Origin: Malacoraja senta
Lineage: Eukaryota
NCBI GenBank assembly: GCA_038087875.1
Contig: CM075983.1
Coordinates: 25,296,001-25,360,000, forward strand
Length of the DNA stretch: 64,000 bases
Direction: 5' to 3'
The notes beneath the pieces were generated by a model. That model saw nothing but the letters and a program-made list of their open reading frames with translations, was not told the origin of the DNA and ran no database searches. Position 1 is the first letter of the stretch; the number at the start of each line of letters is the position of its first letter. Positions 52,795 to 64,000 of this stretch are shown here, in pieces. Position numbers and translations under genes: made by a program.

Positions 52795-54807
52795 CTGAAA
52801 CACAATTATTTGATTATTTTCTCATCATTTGACCCAGTAGGTAGGATAGAACAGAAACAGCCAAGTGGAAAGCAGTTCACTTTTTGATGACTGAATGATA
52901 TGTCCATCAGCATCCTAACACAGGAAAAAATCAACACATTTGACCTGATCAAATCCTTGAACATTAATTCACTACGGATACCTTAAAAAGTTATATACAA
53001 TTGATCACATCCTGTATCATTATGCACATTATTAATAAGCAATTAAGATGTGTGTACCATCACATTGTTGTCTATTCATTCGTTTTCATATTTATGTGTC
53101 ATTTTTCAATTATTTCCGTGGGATTTGTGCAAGTTAAACTTTGCGGTAACTATTTTGTTGGCTATAAAATTTCAGGATTCATGTTGTACACTAATAATTT
53201 CATTTATGCGTCTCATAGGGTTATTGGATTCACACTCCTTTATCTGAAAGTCTTGTCACAGAATCCTATTATAACATACTCTACAGCAAATTTTACATAA
53301 TAAAAAATCCCACACAAATGTCTGGTTATAATGAACTGTATTACAATCCACTTATTATGACATCCTCTATTAGAATCTATATTATAACAAATGTGCACAG
53401 AGCAGATTTCAGTTAAGTCATCTCTGGGCAGAGTTAGAAAATGAAACATTGACAATTTGAACTACTACTCCCACTCATTTCCCATTGTATACAGCATACT
53501 GTGGCTGCCAGCTCTCTTAACACAGCTCCTTGAGTGTAAGGTCACAATGTCTTTGCAGCCTATCACCTATGGAGAGGTGCGCATCCACTTCTACAGCTCT
53601 TGAGAACAAGATGCAATACACTTCATTGCCACTCCTCCAGACCTGATGGCAGGGAATCCCTCATCCCCACATCACCTCCACGTCCAGCAGAGGGCAGGGT
53701 GGTTCCAGATTTTGTGCTCAGAAGAGGGTGTACTGATCATTGCCGAACTTGGGGAGTGCAGTCTATAATTGTGGTCCTTCCCATAGGCGCTGTTACTATC
53801 CAAGACCATCAAATTTGACTAAAGTCTTGTAGAAGTCTTCTACAAATAGTGCCACCAACCATTTTTCTGCAGGGGTGGTGACTCTGTGAAGGCTGACATG
53901 GATGCAACTGCCTTGATAATGTAGGGTTTGCTACCCCTTTAAATGCATCTCACTGTTGCTGTCCCTTTAGACGTCAGGGCATTGTTATCTTTCTTAATAT
54001 TGGGCTAAGTCTGTCACTACTTTGAATGCCAGGGTTGGCAGACTAATTGGCCACAGTAAATTGCTTCTATGGTGTAGGTTATGGTAGATTCTGGGAGAGT
54101 TGTCAGGAATATGGGGAGAATAAAATAGGATTAGTATAGCATGGTTGACAAGGACTTGGTGAGCTGAGGGACCTGTTTCTTTGCTGTATGACTACAATTC
54201 TAGAAGGACTGTGATTGTCAGTGCATCTCTTCTATTCATTTCAATGCTTTGTGCTACTGCAAAGGTTGAGGACCTGCAACGAAGCATGCGTTCTCTGCCC
54301 AGGTAATGAGGTAAAGTCTGATAGGAGTTGATGGGGTGAGCAGAACAATGAAGGATGAAATGCAAGTTATTTAAATCAAAAGAATTGAACTGCCGTAATG
54401 TCTGCTCCTCCTCACCCCTGGCAGTTTGTAAACAGACTAGTGTCAACAGGCTGCTTGCCTGACATAGATGGGGACATGCAACCTGCACAGACGTTGGACT
54501 CACACAGAATGGGGTAACCAGGGGCTGCTTTCAACCTGTGCTGCTGCAAGTGAATCGAATGTCCCCAGGATTTAACCGCAGATGCGCTGTACATATCAAA
54601 CTGAATGATTATCAATCAGGAAGACCCGAGGTTTGATTCTCTTATGTTCTGGAAGTGAGCCTTCTTTGATCCTGCACTCTAACAAGCATCTTTACCCCAG
54701 AGTTAGGGCGATTGCTACTGCTGTTCCTACTTCGTGCTTTAAGATGCAAAAACGTACTATTGCTGTGATGCCCATCAAAGTCATCAAAGCCAGCCAACTG
54801 TTTAAGA

Positions 54808-54927
54808 AGGAACTGCAGGTGCTGGAAAATCGAAGGTAGACAAAAATACTGGAGAAACTCAGCGGGTGAGGCAGCATCTATGGAACGAAGGAAACCGGCA
54901 ACGTTTCAGGTCGAGACCCTTCTTCTG
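54808..54927 (-). mobile_element. Penelope-derived short repeat (single arm)
   Basis: Matches the arms at 8837-8925 and 40418-40545. Confidence 0.7.
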
Positions 54928-55240
54928 CCAACTCATCACCGCGGTTTATGAGTAAATAATGTCCATTAATGAGAGTTGCATCTCAATGAGAATCATTGAT
55001 ATGGATCAAAAGCATCATGATCTGAACAAAGGATAGAATTAGTTTGGGGGTTCGAAAGGCCTCCTTGATCCTACCTTTAATTTTTTTTTATAGGACTGAG
55101 ACTTTTTTTATAGAACTAAAATTGAGAGACAGGGTTCCTGGTAGACATGTTCGTTGTTATAGACATGTAGTACATCATTTATTTGATATATTTCAAGTTT
55201 GACTCTCACACATTGAAGCAGAGGGGACAAGCATTTCTAC

Positions 55241-55323
55241 CTTTTGCAGTTCAGCAGAGCTCTCCCATCTTTCAGCAGATTTAAGTGGAGAGCAGAGAGG
55301 GTTCTGACAGCGGAGAGCACTCT
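55241..55323 (-). CDS. Candidate internal exon (83 nt)
   Basis: tgcattgtgttccag|AGAGTG...AAAAG|gtagaaat. Two frames are open; one joins the terminal exon in phase 0. Confidence 0.5.
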
Positions 55324-56183
55324 CTGGAACACAATGCACACATGGGTGAGGTTCCATAATGGATTTCGCTCTTACCAAACAAACTCTCATTTATTATTTA
55401 CAGATTCCTGAGATGCTGTTAAACAAGCTGGGGGATGGTGTCAGGCGGTAGCATTTAGAAGGGGAGTTGTTCATTCAAAGCCTGATATGGACGAGTCATA
55501 CAATTTCCTAAAAAGATACACACCCGCCTCTCCCGGTGCAGAAACTCGAGTGACATCAGCTCTCCTCCCCACTATCTGCCTCACCATCCGAACAATAAGC
55601 AGAAAAGGAAACAAGGTCTTGACCCTCATTACACCTTGGCCTCATCATCAGTGTCACTCTTCTTTGACCTGCTGACAAATCCTATTATTAAATGCCATTC
55701 ATGTTTCATTTTGCTACTGTGTGACAGTCAAACACCAAACTGGAACCCTGGGCATTTAGAAGTATTTCTCATTGTGGCAATATTGCAAGTCATGGTTATT
55801 CTACCTGAACAGTAAGGAATTGCCTTGGCAGAAGTTTGTGTAACATAAGAATACAAATGGAACTCAGGGCTTCGAACTACGTGGGGGAGGTTTACGTGTT
55901 CATTTCAGCCTCATGTTACTTCAGTTGGCTGCCACCTCAGAGCTGTCTGTCACTCTAACCTTCCTGGTGCCCCGGGACTGCCTGTCACTCGATTTCCCCT
56001 GCTATTTCAGGGCTTTTTCCTTCAACCTGCCTGCTAACCTTTGGGCTTTCTTTCATTCTAATCTACCCATTTTAGGAATGACTGTCACTCCAAACTCTGT
56101 GTTACTAAATGGTTCTCTAGTATTCATTCCTTACAACTTGCCTGCTTCCCAATTTTGTTGAAATATTGAAAGTCATTCCACTT

Positions 56184-56491
56184 TTAGTTTAATTTAGAGA
56201 TAGAGCGTGGAAACAGGCCATTCATTATAATCAGTCTGTGCCAACCAGCGAACCCCGTACACTAACATTACCCTACACACAAGGGACAATTTAAATTCTT
56301 ACCAAAGACAATTAGCCCCCAAACCTGTACGTCTTTGCAGTGTGGGGGGAAACCGGAGCATCCTGAGAAAACCCACATGGTCATGGGGAGAACGTACAAA
56401 CTCCCAACAGACGGCACCCATAGTCAGGATCGAACATGGGCCTCTGACCCATTAAGGCAGCAACTCTACCGCTGCTCCACCGTGCCGCCCC
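56184..56491 (-). mobile_element. HE1-type SINE
   Basis: Full head-to-tail homology with other copies. Confidence 0.88.
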
Positions 56492-57189
56492 TTTTCGCAC
56501 AAGTACTTATTCTTCTGTCACAGGAGTACCTTTCACTCTGTCTTTTGGTTCACAATCAAAAATGTACCCACCCTCTCAGGATGAATTAACAAAGTATTTC
56601 TTGATGACCATATTGGGAAGGAGGAATGGAGCCATTTTCTTTACTCATTGTCATTAATGTTGATGTCAGCCACCATTTCCAGCCTTCATCCTGTCAACTT
56701 TCTGCAATGGAATAAATTGTTTAAGGCCATAATGTCATATTTAGGACTTTGTATCTGCTAATTCTGGGTGGTTAGGTGGTGACTCGTCTAAGTCCCAACC
56801 AAGCCTGAGTCAGCTTTGATGGGTATTCAATATGAGCATGGCAAGAACACTGATCCATAACTCCCCATTGATCCCCACGGGGAGATGGTTGACTCTGAAG
56901 CCAAATCAGTTCATGGTCCTCCATGCATCTACAATTTCCTCCTTACCAGATAGTATCCTTATTTGCTGAGTATACAGTTTAGAAAGTCAAAGAGACACAG
57001 ATGATACTTCAAAGGAATGCACAGGAAAGATATGTCAATGAATTACATTATTTTGATCTTGATGAATGTACAAGTCTGTTTGGGATTTCTATTTTCTTTT
57101 TTCTGAGTTCTATGAATTGTACAGAAGGTGAGGAAAGGTTAGTAACAGAGGGATTCCAGTCCTATGCCAGTTTTAAGCCTCGTTCTAAT

Positions 57190-58600
57190 TATCAATGCTT
57201 ATTTCAGGACAAATTACCACTCTAAATGTTATCCCCATGCTGACTAAATGTTAGTTTAATCAGTGGCTATCAAAGTACAAAGTGTCACTAAACTTGGCCC
57301 AATGCATGGAACCAATATCACTGTAATCCATTCCCTCAATCAGCTGAGCCGATGGTTTCCCTCACCTTTGCTCTTTATCCCTTCATTAACTGTCAGTCCT
57401 ATGTGTGTGCCCTCTACCTCAAGACAAAATATTTCTATTCTTTGTCCTCTATCCAAAGACTAATGGCTCATTCTTTTGCTTCCAGCTCCAGGACTTTGTC
57501 TCCGTTCCGTGGATTAATTTGATCACTCTCTCATTTTTACCTGTCACTCTAATCATGCCCTGGGTCCCAAGTCTAAATATCATTCAACTATTGAGTCCCA
57601 ATCCTGGCACTAATTCTCTTTTCAGTTTTTGGTGGATCTAGCTGTCACTCTAATACTTGCTTGTTTTCTACAACAACCCTACTCATCCAAACGTTTCTAA
57701 TTATCGCATGAGTTCATAAGTCATGGGAGCAGAAGTAGGCCCTTCAGCCCATGGAGTCAATTTTGTCATTCAATCATGGATAATCTATCATTCCTTCTCA
57801 ACCCCATTCTCCAACCTTCTCCCCATAACCCTTGACACCCTAATCAAGAATCTGAAAACATCTGCCTTAAAAGCACCCAATGACTTGGCTTCCACAGCCA
57901 TCTGTGGCAATGACTTCCACAGATTCACCACCCTCTGACTAAAGATGTAACTCCTCATCTCCAGTCTAAAGGTATTTCCATGTATTCTGAGGCTATCCCC
58001 TTTGGTCCTAGAGTCTCCCACGTGCAAGATTAGTTATTGCTCTAAATTTCCTCCCAATCCAAGATCAATAGTTCCTTTAATTTTTCCTATTTATCTGTCA
58101 AGCATAGTATCTGACTAATCTTGCAGCTGCATGCCTCAGTGTGGTGCTACTCAAAACATTTCCCCTTGTGTCAGATTGTCACTAGAGCTATTTTCTATGA
58201 ATCAAAAGTAACAAACCTCTCTAAACTTTGCACCCCTCCCCCACCACCACCACCTCACCCCATGCCTTGGAGTAATTGTCTTTTACCATTTGCGCTCTGT
58301 CCCCAGACTTATTTCACTTTAATCTTTGTTCTCACTTTTTATTAAAGTTCTTTATGGTTTGCCCTCTAACCCAAGACAACCTGTTACTCTAATTGTTACT
58401 TTCTCGGCAAAAATAGAGAGTCACTGAACTCTTTGTTCTCTATCCCAAGACCAAATGTCACTCTAATATTTGCTCTGTATTCATTATCAATAATCAGCTG
58501 TATTCATTATCAATAATCTTTGCCCTGAATTCCAAGACCACCGGTCAAACTTTCCTCTTTATCTTTCATGATGCCACTCGAATAATTTCATTCTTTCTGG
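57190..58600. repeat. Degenerate 37-bp minisatellite (approx. CCAAGACTAAATGTCACTCTAATCTTTGCTCTCTATC), interrupted by CR1
   Basis: Consecutive 37-nt units at 58371-58481; recurring tgtcactctaat. Confidence 0.7.
57705..58022 (-). mobile_element. CR1/HER1 LINE 3' fragment
   Basis: ORF 57788-58027 FSQRVVNLWKSLPQMAVEAKSLGAFK. Confidence 0.88.
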
Positions 58601-59454
58601 GTGTGTCCTGGACCTTTTGCCCAGTTGTTCAGTCTACTCCTAGTTTCAACTCTTTGAACTTGCACAATGCCAATGAAAGCTTGAGGTCTCCACCATTCAA
58701 CATGCACAATATATGCTAAACATACGCTAAGCATACTTGTGCACAATAGTTATTTTTTAAACACCTTCAATAATTAACCATCACTTACTTTTATTTTCTC
58801 TGGGAGTCTTGGCTAACAATGGACGAGGGAAGGAGTGGCAGTGGTAGAGATCTATGATTCAAAGCCAATGATGTTGATGGGACCAGTAATCGAGTGAACC
58901 AATGGGATAGATTAATGGAGAGTGGAAGGTTTAAGGTGAGTGCTTTAATATTAAGAGGAAAGCCATTAAGCTAATGACAAATGGGATATGGAAGTCAAAC
59001 TTGAAAACAACTGAACCTTCGATAAATATTTTAATTGAAGTAGGGTAACATCAAGAATGAGTAGATGCTGTTGGCAGTGGAGCTGGGCCTTGCTGACCAA
59101 TAACATATATGGTTTAAATGCCATATGACTCCATGGTTATAGGATCATTGAGACATCATGGCACAGAGGCAGGCCCTTAAGCCCATTGAGTTTTCCATGC
59201 GAATAATGTAGTCAGCGCCATTCCCGCACTCTTTCTACTTACCCTGTAAACTATTTTCAATCTCATGTACTCTTTTTTGAATCTGGCTGACTGCCAAGGG
59301 GAAAGCTGGAGAATATGGGGTTAATTTGCAAATGGACCAAATATGTCAGTTCTAGTGTTGCCAATATTATGTTGCTTGTCAGTATATTGATGTCAGTCAT
59401 CATGTTATAGATGGGCAACTTAATATTGGTCGCATCTGAGATGACTTGACTCAC

Positions 59455-59486
59455 ATTTAATGTGATGGGTTTGGATGGTCCGGGAG
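59455..59486 (-). CDS. Candidate 32-nt micro-exon
   Basis: ttctgtgtaacaatcacag|CTCCCGGACC...ATTAAAT|gtgagt, a consensus donor; upstream intron holds a (TG)n tract. Confidence 0.4.
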
Positions 59487-59513
59487 CTGTGATTGTTACA
59501 CAGAAGCACCAGG

Positions 59514-59519
<6 letters not shown>

Positions 59520-59575
<56 letters not shown>
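59520..59575. repeat. (CA)n microsatellite
   Basis: About 27 CA units. Confidence 0.98.
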
Positions 59576-59577
<2 letters not shown>

Positions 59578-61812
59578 GCACAGTTACATTTTCACTCTCT
59601 CACATACATATTACAGCTGAGAGTTGGTAATATTTATGAAAATAGATTGTCTATGCTTTTTATGACCCTGCCGTGAGGTTCATGAGTAAGAAGAGCCAGC
59701 AAGCAGAGAGAACCCACTTGCAATATTGAATGAAGGTGGACAGAATAAATCCCTCAGATGTTGAAAAGAAGAAACTATCAAACAGCGATTCAGAAAAATA
59801 ATCAATTTCAAAGGTTAAAGTTCAACAAGTGCTCTCTTCAGTCTCCTAGATCTGATCAATAAGGCCTCCAAAAAACATATTTGGAGATAAAGTGAACCAG
59901 GGAAATGGGGACAAGGTAACGAAGACTATTTATTTTCCTGGGAGATTGTTATTGATGTTGTTCTATTTTTAAAAGACTAACATTGTGTAATTTTGTTTGA
60001 GCAATCTGTGGTTCCAGTCTTGTGAGTATATGAAACAAAGACTGCTACAGCCAGTGAAAATGTCACAGTAAATGAATTCTGCCACTGTAGTCACCTTCCA
60101 CCTTTCAAGGAGTAGGCATCACTCGACAATTGTCAGTAAGTTTGAGGATGACCTGATGGAAATGATTCTTTCATCTTAGGCTCCCATCTCATGCCTGGAG
60201 TAAACACAATTAACAAGAAGTCAAGACTCTGCAATGAAGGTTTATTTCCTTATCTTCTGTCCATACAACATGATCCTTCTAACAGGACTGATGCCTGTGC
60301 GCTTGTCAGTGAAATTATTGCCCTGGAGAAATCCCTAGACCTGACAATTCAACTTAAAGGGCATTGCATTCACCTGGTTAAATTATGCACTGGCTTTCCT
60401 TTACACATAGACCAATATTACATTTCATTTTCTCAGTTCTTTGTTTATAACTGGTGCTACTGAACTGTGCTGCATATTATGGTGACACTTGATTGTGATG
60501 AGATCACTGTTGTAGGTCCATTAGATTTCTGTGCCCTGTTGTACATTTTATCATGCCATGCATCCAAGTTGAAATTCATTGCCTTTTCCTTCTTAAGCCT
60601 CAGAAAGTGGAGAGGATCTGTCAGCCTTGTGGGAGGTTGGTTTACTAGTCCAATAACAGAGAGGAAGATGATGTTCCCGAATCCGATGATACATGCTTTC
60701 ATGCTTAAGTGAGAAGGAAGAAGAGGGAATGACCAGGGTGTAATTGGAATTTGATTATGTTGGCTGTTTTCCGAGGCCACATGAAGTATGGATGGAGGCG
60801 ATGAAGAAGAAAAAGGATCGTGAGTCAAAATAAGACATTAGTTTGTTCCAATCTAAAGTATTACAAATAGTTCTGGTCTCCCTGATGGAAAAAAGATAAC
60901 ATGGCATTCAAAAATATGCAACAGGAGGGTGACCTTTCCGCTCTCATCTATAAAAGAGGATACAGAAGGAATACAGAAGTTTTTATCCTGATGTAAAGTG
61001 TGCAATAGCGACATTAACACTTATATTTCCAAAACTGCTGTCTGATTTTTTAAGGCAAAATAAGATAGTTTAATCTTACAAAGACTGAGGAGGCTTTACT
61101 GCTCACCCAACCAGAAATGATAAAATGCAGGTGGCATAGAAGGACAGATCATAAAACATTAACATGAGAATGGTGAATAGTTGGAATGCATTACCCAGGG
61201 AGGTAATTACTGTTGCATTTAGGGATATAGATGGTGAACAATGTACTCTGTTTGAACTATGATGTCTCCCACATAAACCAGATCATTCTTTTTGGAGCCT
61301 GCAAATACGCCTTTGTGTTGCTTGGTTACCAAGTTAAATAAATGCTGATGATTCATTTGACTGCAGTAAATAAAAAACACAATTAGAAACACATGAAGTT
61401 GTCTTGATTAAAAATTAAACGTAACAGTTTAAACAACTTGAAGATTTCCCCATCCCCGTCCATCAATACCTCAGACCTACAGGTTGCCTGAAACTCTGAA
61501 TATAATTTTGTTGTAGTGTTTCCACAACACTTCTGGTGCATTGTTATATACTGAGATTTCTGAGATTATTGCTGTACAGTATAACTGATGTCACTGTATG
61601 GATTATCAAGCTTTTTTGATGTATTCACATCTCCAGCATGCCTCCTGGTGGCTACCTTTGAAATTGCTGTCCACATTTATAGTTGATAACTTCGAAGTTA
61701 CTAATCTAAGAAAGTCTCTATCCACAAATGGGGCTTTGTCTATGTGAATCTTTGATTAATTCTGCACACCTGAGATACCCATTACATGATGGTCCCAAAC
61801 TATGTTTTTTTA

Positions 61813-62170
61813 ATCATAGTCATAGAATCATACAACACAGAAACAGGCCCTTTGGCTCAACTCATCCATGCTAACCAAGATGCCCCACTTAAGCTAGTCC
61901 CATTTGCCCGCATTGGGTCCATATCCCTCTAAACCTTTCCTATCCATGTACCTGTCCAAATATCTTTTAAATGTTGTTATTATACCTGCCTCAACTACCT
62001 CCTCTGGCAGCTCATTCCATATACCCACCACTTTCTGGGTGAAAAAGTTGCCCTGAGGTTCCTATTAAATCTTTTCCCTCTCACATTAAACCTATGTCCT
62101 CTGGTTCCTGATTCCCCTACCTTGGATAAAAGACTCTGTACAATCACCCTATCAGTTTCCTTAATGATTT
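61813..62170 (-). mobile_element. CR1/HER1 3' fragment
   Basis: catagtcatagaatcata tail and ctttctgggtgaaaaagtt (FFTQKVVG on minus). Confidence 0.85.
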
Positions 62171-62484
62171 CAGGGCACTAAGAATTCTGGCAGTCAACAG
62201 TATGAAACAAATGTCCAAAATGCAAGTTAGGTCTTATGTCAGTAAGTCCTTCACACAGAGGTATAAGCATGTGGAGTAGGATATTTAGTATGGTAATGAT
62301 ACCAACTTTGGAATCAGTTATAAAGTAATTCAATGCAATATTGTTGCATTGTTCCTCAGTTTTCTTATGAAGCTCACCATGCACAAAAACGCTTATTCCA
62401 CCGATGCAGAAAGTGACCATTGTCTCATGAAATCCATGCCAACTTCAATCAAAGCAATCATGTCAGTCTCAATTTTTTTCTCCT

Positions 62485-62680
62485 TTCGTTCCCACAACTC
62501 ACACTCCAAAGACGTACAGGTTTGTAGGTTAATTAGCTTGGTATAAAATGTAAAATTGTCCCTAGTGTGTGTAGAGTAGTTTTAATGTGCGGGGATTGCT
62601 GGGCGGTACGGATTCGGCAGACCAAAGAGCCTGTTTCCGTGCTGTATCTCTAAATTAAACTAAACTAAACTAAACTAAAC
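62485..62680 (+). mobile_element. 5'-truncated HE1-type SINE with (AAACT)n tail
   Basis: Core and tail homology. Confidence 0.85.
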
Positions 62681-62946
62681 TTCTTCCCTCTCACATGACC
62701 ATCAGTTCCCTGTCTGCTACTTACTGATGCTAAAGAGAACTATATAATAAATTAACTGACCCATGCAACTTTGTAATGTGGCAAGACACTGCAACACCCA
62801 GTAGAAATCTATTTGGTCATGGAGAGAACACGGAAACTCTACGCAGACAGCACTCTTGGCCAGGATTAAACCCAAGTCTCAGGGTGAGTCTGTGAGGAAG
62901 CAGCACCAACAGCTGCAGAACACCCTTCATTTTCTTTGAACATTGA

Positions 62947-64000
62947 TTTTACTTCGGAGTCACGTGAGTGACTACGTGAAGAACCCCGCCAGTGCGCCTG
63001 CGCGTCATTACGTCAGATGCATTGGCGCAAACGGACGCGAGGAGCAGAGCTCCTCTAGTGGAATTGTAGTTTTTAAACTACAAGGTAAGTATAAACTTTT
63101 TTGGAAGTATTTCCGTGTCCGTTTGCTGTGGGTCTGTGGGGATTTTTTCCGCAGGCACCATGGAAAAAACGGGCAAGGGGAGGAGGCGAGCGACTCAGCC
63201 GGTAGAAAGTCGCGATATTGCGGTCGGCGACCAGCCGCCTCTGACCACGGTACAGTCGCCAGCAGACAGCATAGCGACTGTGGATATTGGGGCTGAAGGG
63301 AATTTAGTCAGCACCAGTGGGGCAAGGCAAAGCCGATAAAAAGCTGCGGGAATGCGGTCGGTAAAGGACTGCCTCATACCCTACAACAGTCGCCGGCTGG
63401 GAGCAGGGCGTACTGTGGACTTGTGCATTAAAGAAAAGAACGGAGCCAGCGTCAGTTGGGTGCTAGGCAACATACAAGTCAGGGTCATGGAGCAAGAGTC
63501 AGTTTGGGATTCACCTCCAAGGCTGGATACCACTTTCTGAGTGGATATTCCAAATGGATAACCTGTACACAGGTTGCTCCAACAAAACATACTCCAGGAG
63601 GAGTGATGTCAGAACCAGGCTCCAGAAGCCAGGTCAGCAGCACCTAGTATAGGGCTGCTTGATAGCACCCTCATTGATGAGGCGCGTGCACAGGGTCAGC
63701 AGAGTTTCCAAAACAAGCGACGACGACAGCTGCCAGATGGGCTATTCCTGGCAGTACGATTTGCTGCTCTGTGAGAGTTCTGACCCTGAGTCTGACGGTG
63801 AGGCCGATACAAGCGAAGACGGCAGCTGCCAGATGTTTTACTCTTGGTAGTATGATTCGCTGCCCCGTCAGAGTCAGGAGAGCCACTGGAAAGGACGTGG
63901 TCTCTGTGATCAACTATTGTGTCTGCCATCAGCTCTAGTAGCTTACGATGGATGAAAATGCCAAAAAAGCACGAGATCCCAAGGAAGTGCGTATTGCTGA
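62947..64000 (+). mobile_element. 5' end (left ITR and decayed ORF1/gag start) of a second DIRS1-like element
   Basis: 62947-62982 is the reverse complement of ICR 420-455 (2 mismatches). 62975-63006 is complementary to right ITR 646-676. ATG at 63160 (MEKTGKGRRR...) is followed by stops. Confidence 0.85.

Noticed and set aside
59455-59486. Resemblance to the 32-nt frame-shifting penultimate exon of dystrophin
   Set aside because: Only the length matches; the peptide and neighbouring exons do not, so no gene symbol was assigned.
63372-63680. Possible further ribozyme-headed insert between two CCTCAT hexamers in the DIRS 5' region
   Set aside because: No HDV or hammerhead fold or tail found by eye, and the 6-bp repeat is too weak.
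1070-63929. Most short ORFs in the supplied track as genes
   Set aside because: They are chance ORFs, low-complexity translations or retroelement remnants; many start at non-ATG codons.

Overview
Eukaryotic, repeat-dense, mostly non-coding DNA. The repeat content (HE1-type tRNA SINEs, CR1/HER1, Rex1/Babar, L2, RTE, Penelope-like and DIRS elements) points to a cartilaginous fish, probably a skate or ray; this is inferred from repeats only. No intact long ORF is present. The 3' end of an unidentified spliced host gene probably lies on the minus strand (candidate exons at ~59.5, 55.3 and 52.6-52.8 kb, then a 3' UTR). The window is bracketed by the right end of one DIRS1-type element and the left end of another. 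It also holds a hAT and a Harbinger non-autonomous DNA element, several very old minisatellite arrays and a 200-N gap. The most notable signal is a set of tiny (143 and 192 bp) retroposed elements with target-site duplications (TSDs) and (AAG)n tails. They start exactly at G+1 of an HDV-like self-cleaving ribozyme fold (two families, three copies). One family shares its 3' end with a Vingi/Ingi-type LINE fragment 4 kb away. Many Penelope-derived repeats carry minimal hammerhead cores. All folds and family calls were made by eye, and boundaries of degenerate repeats are approximate.
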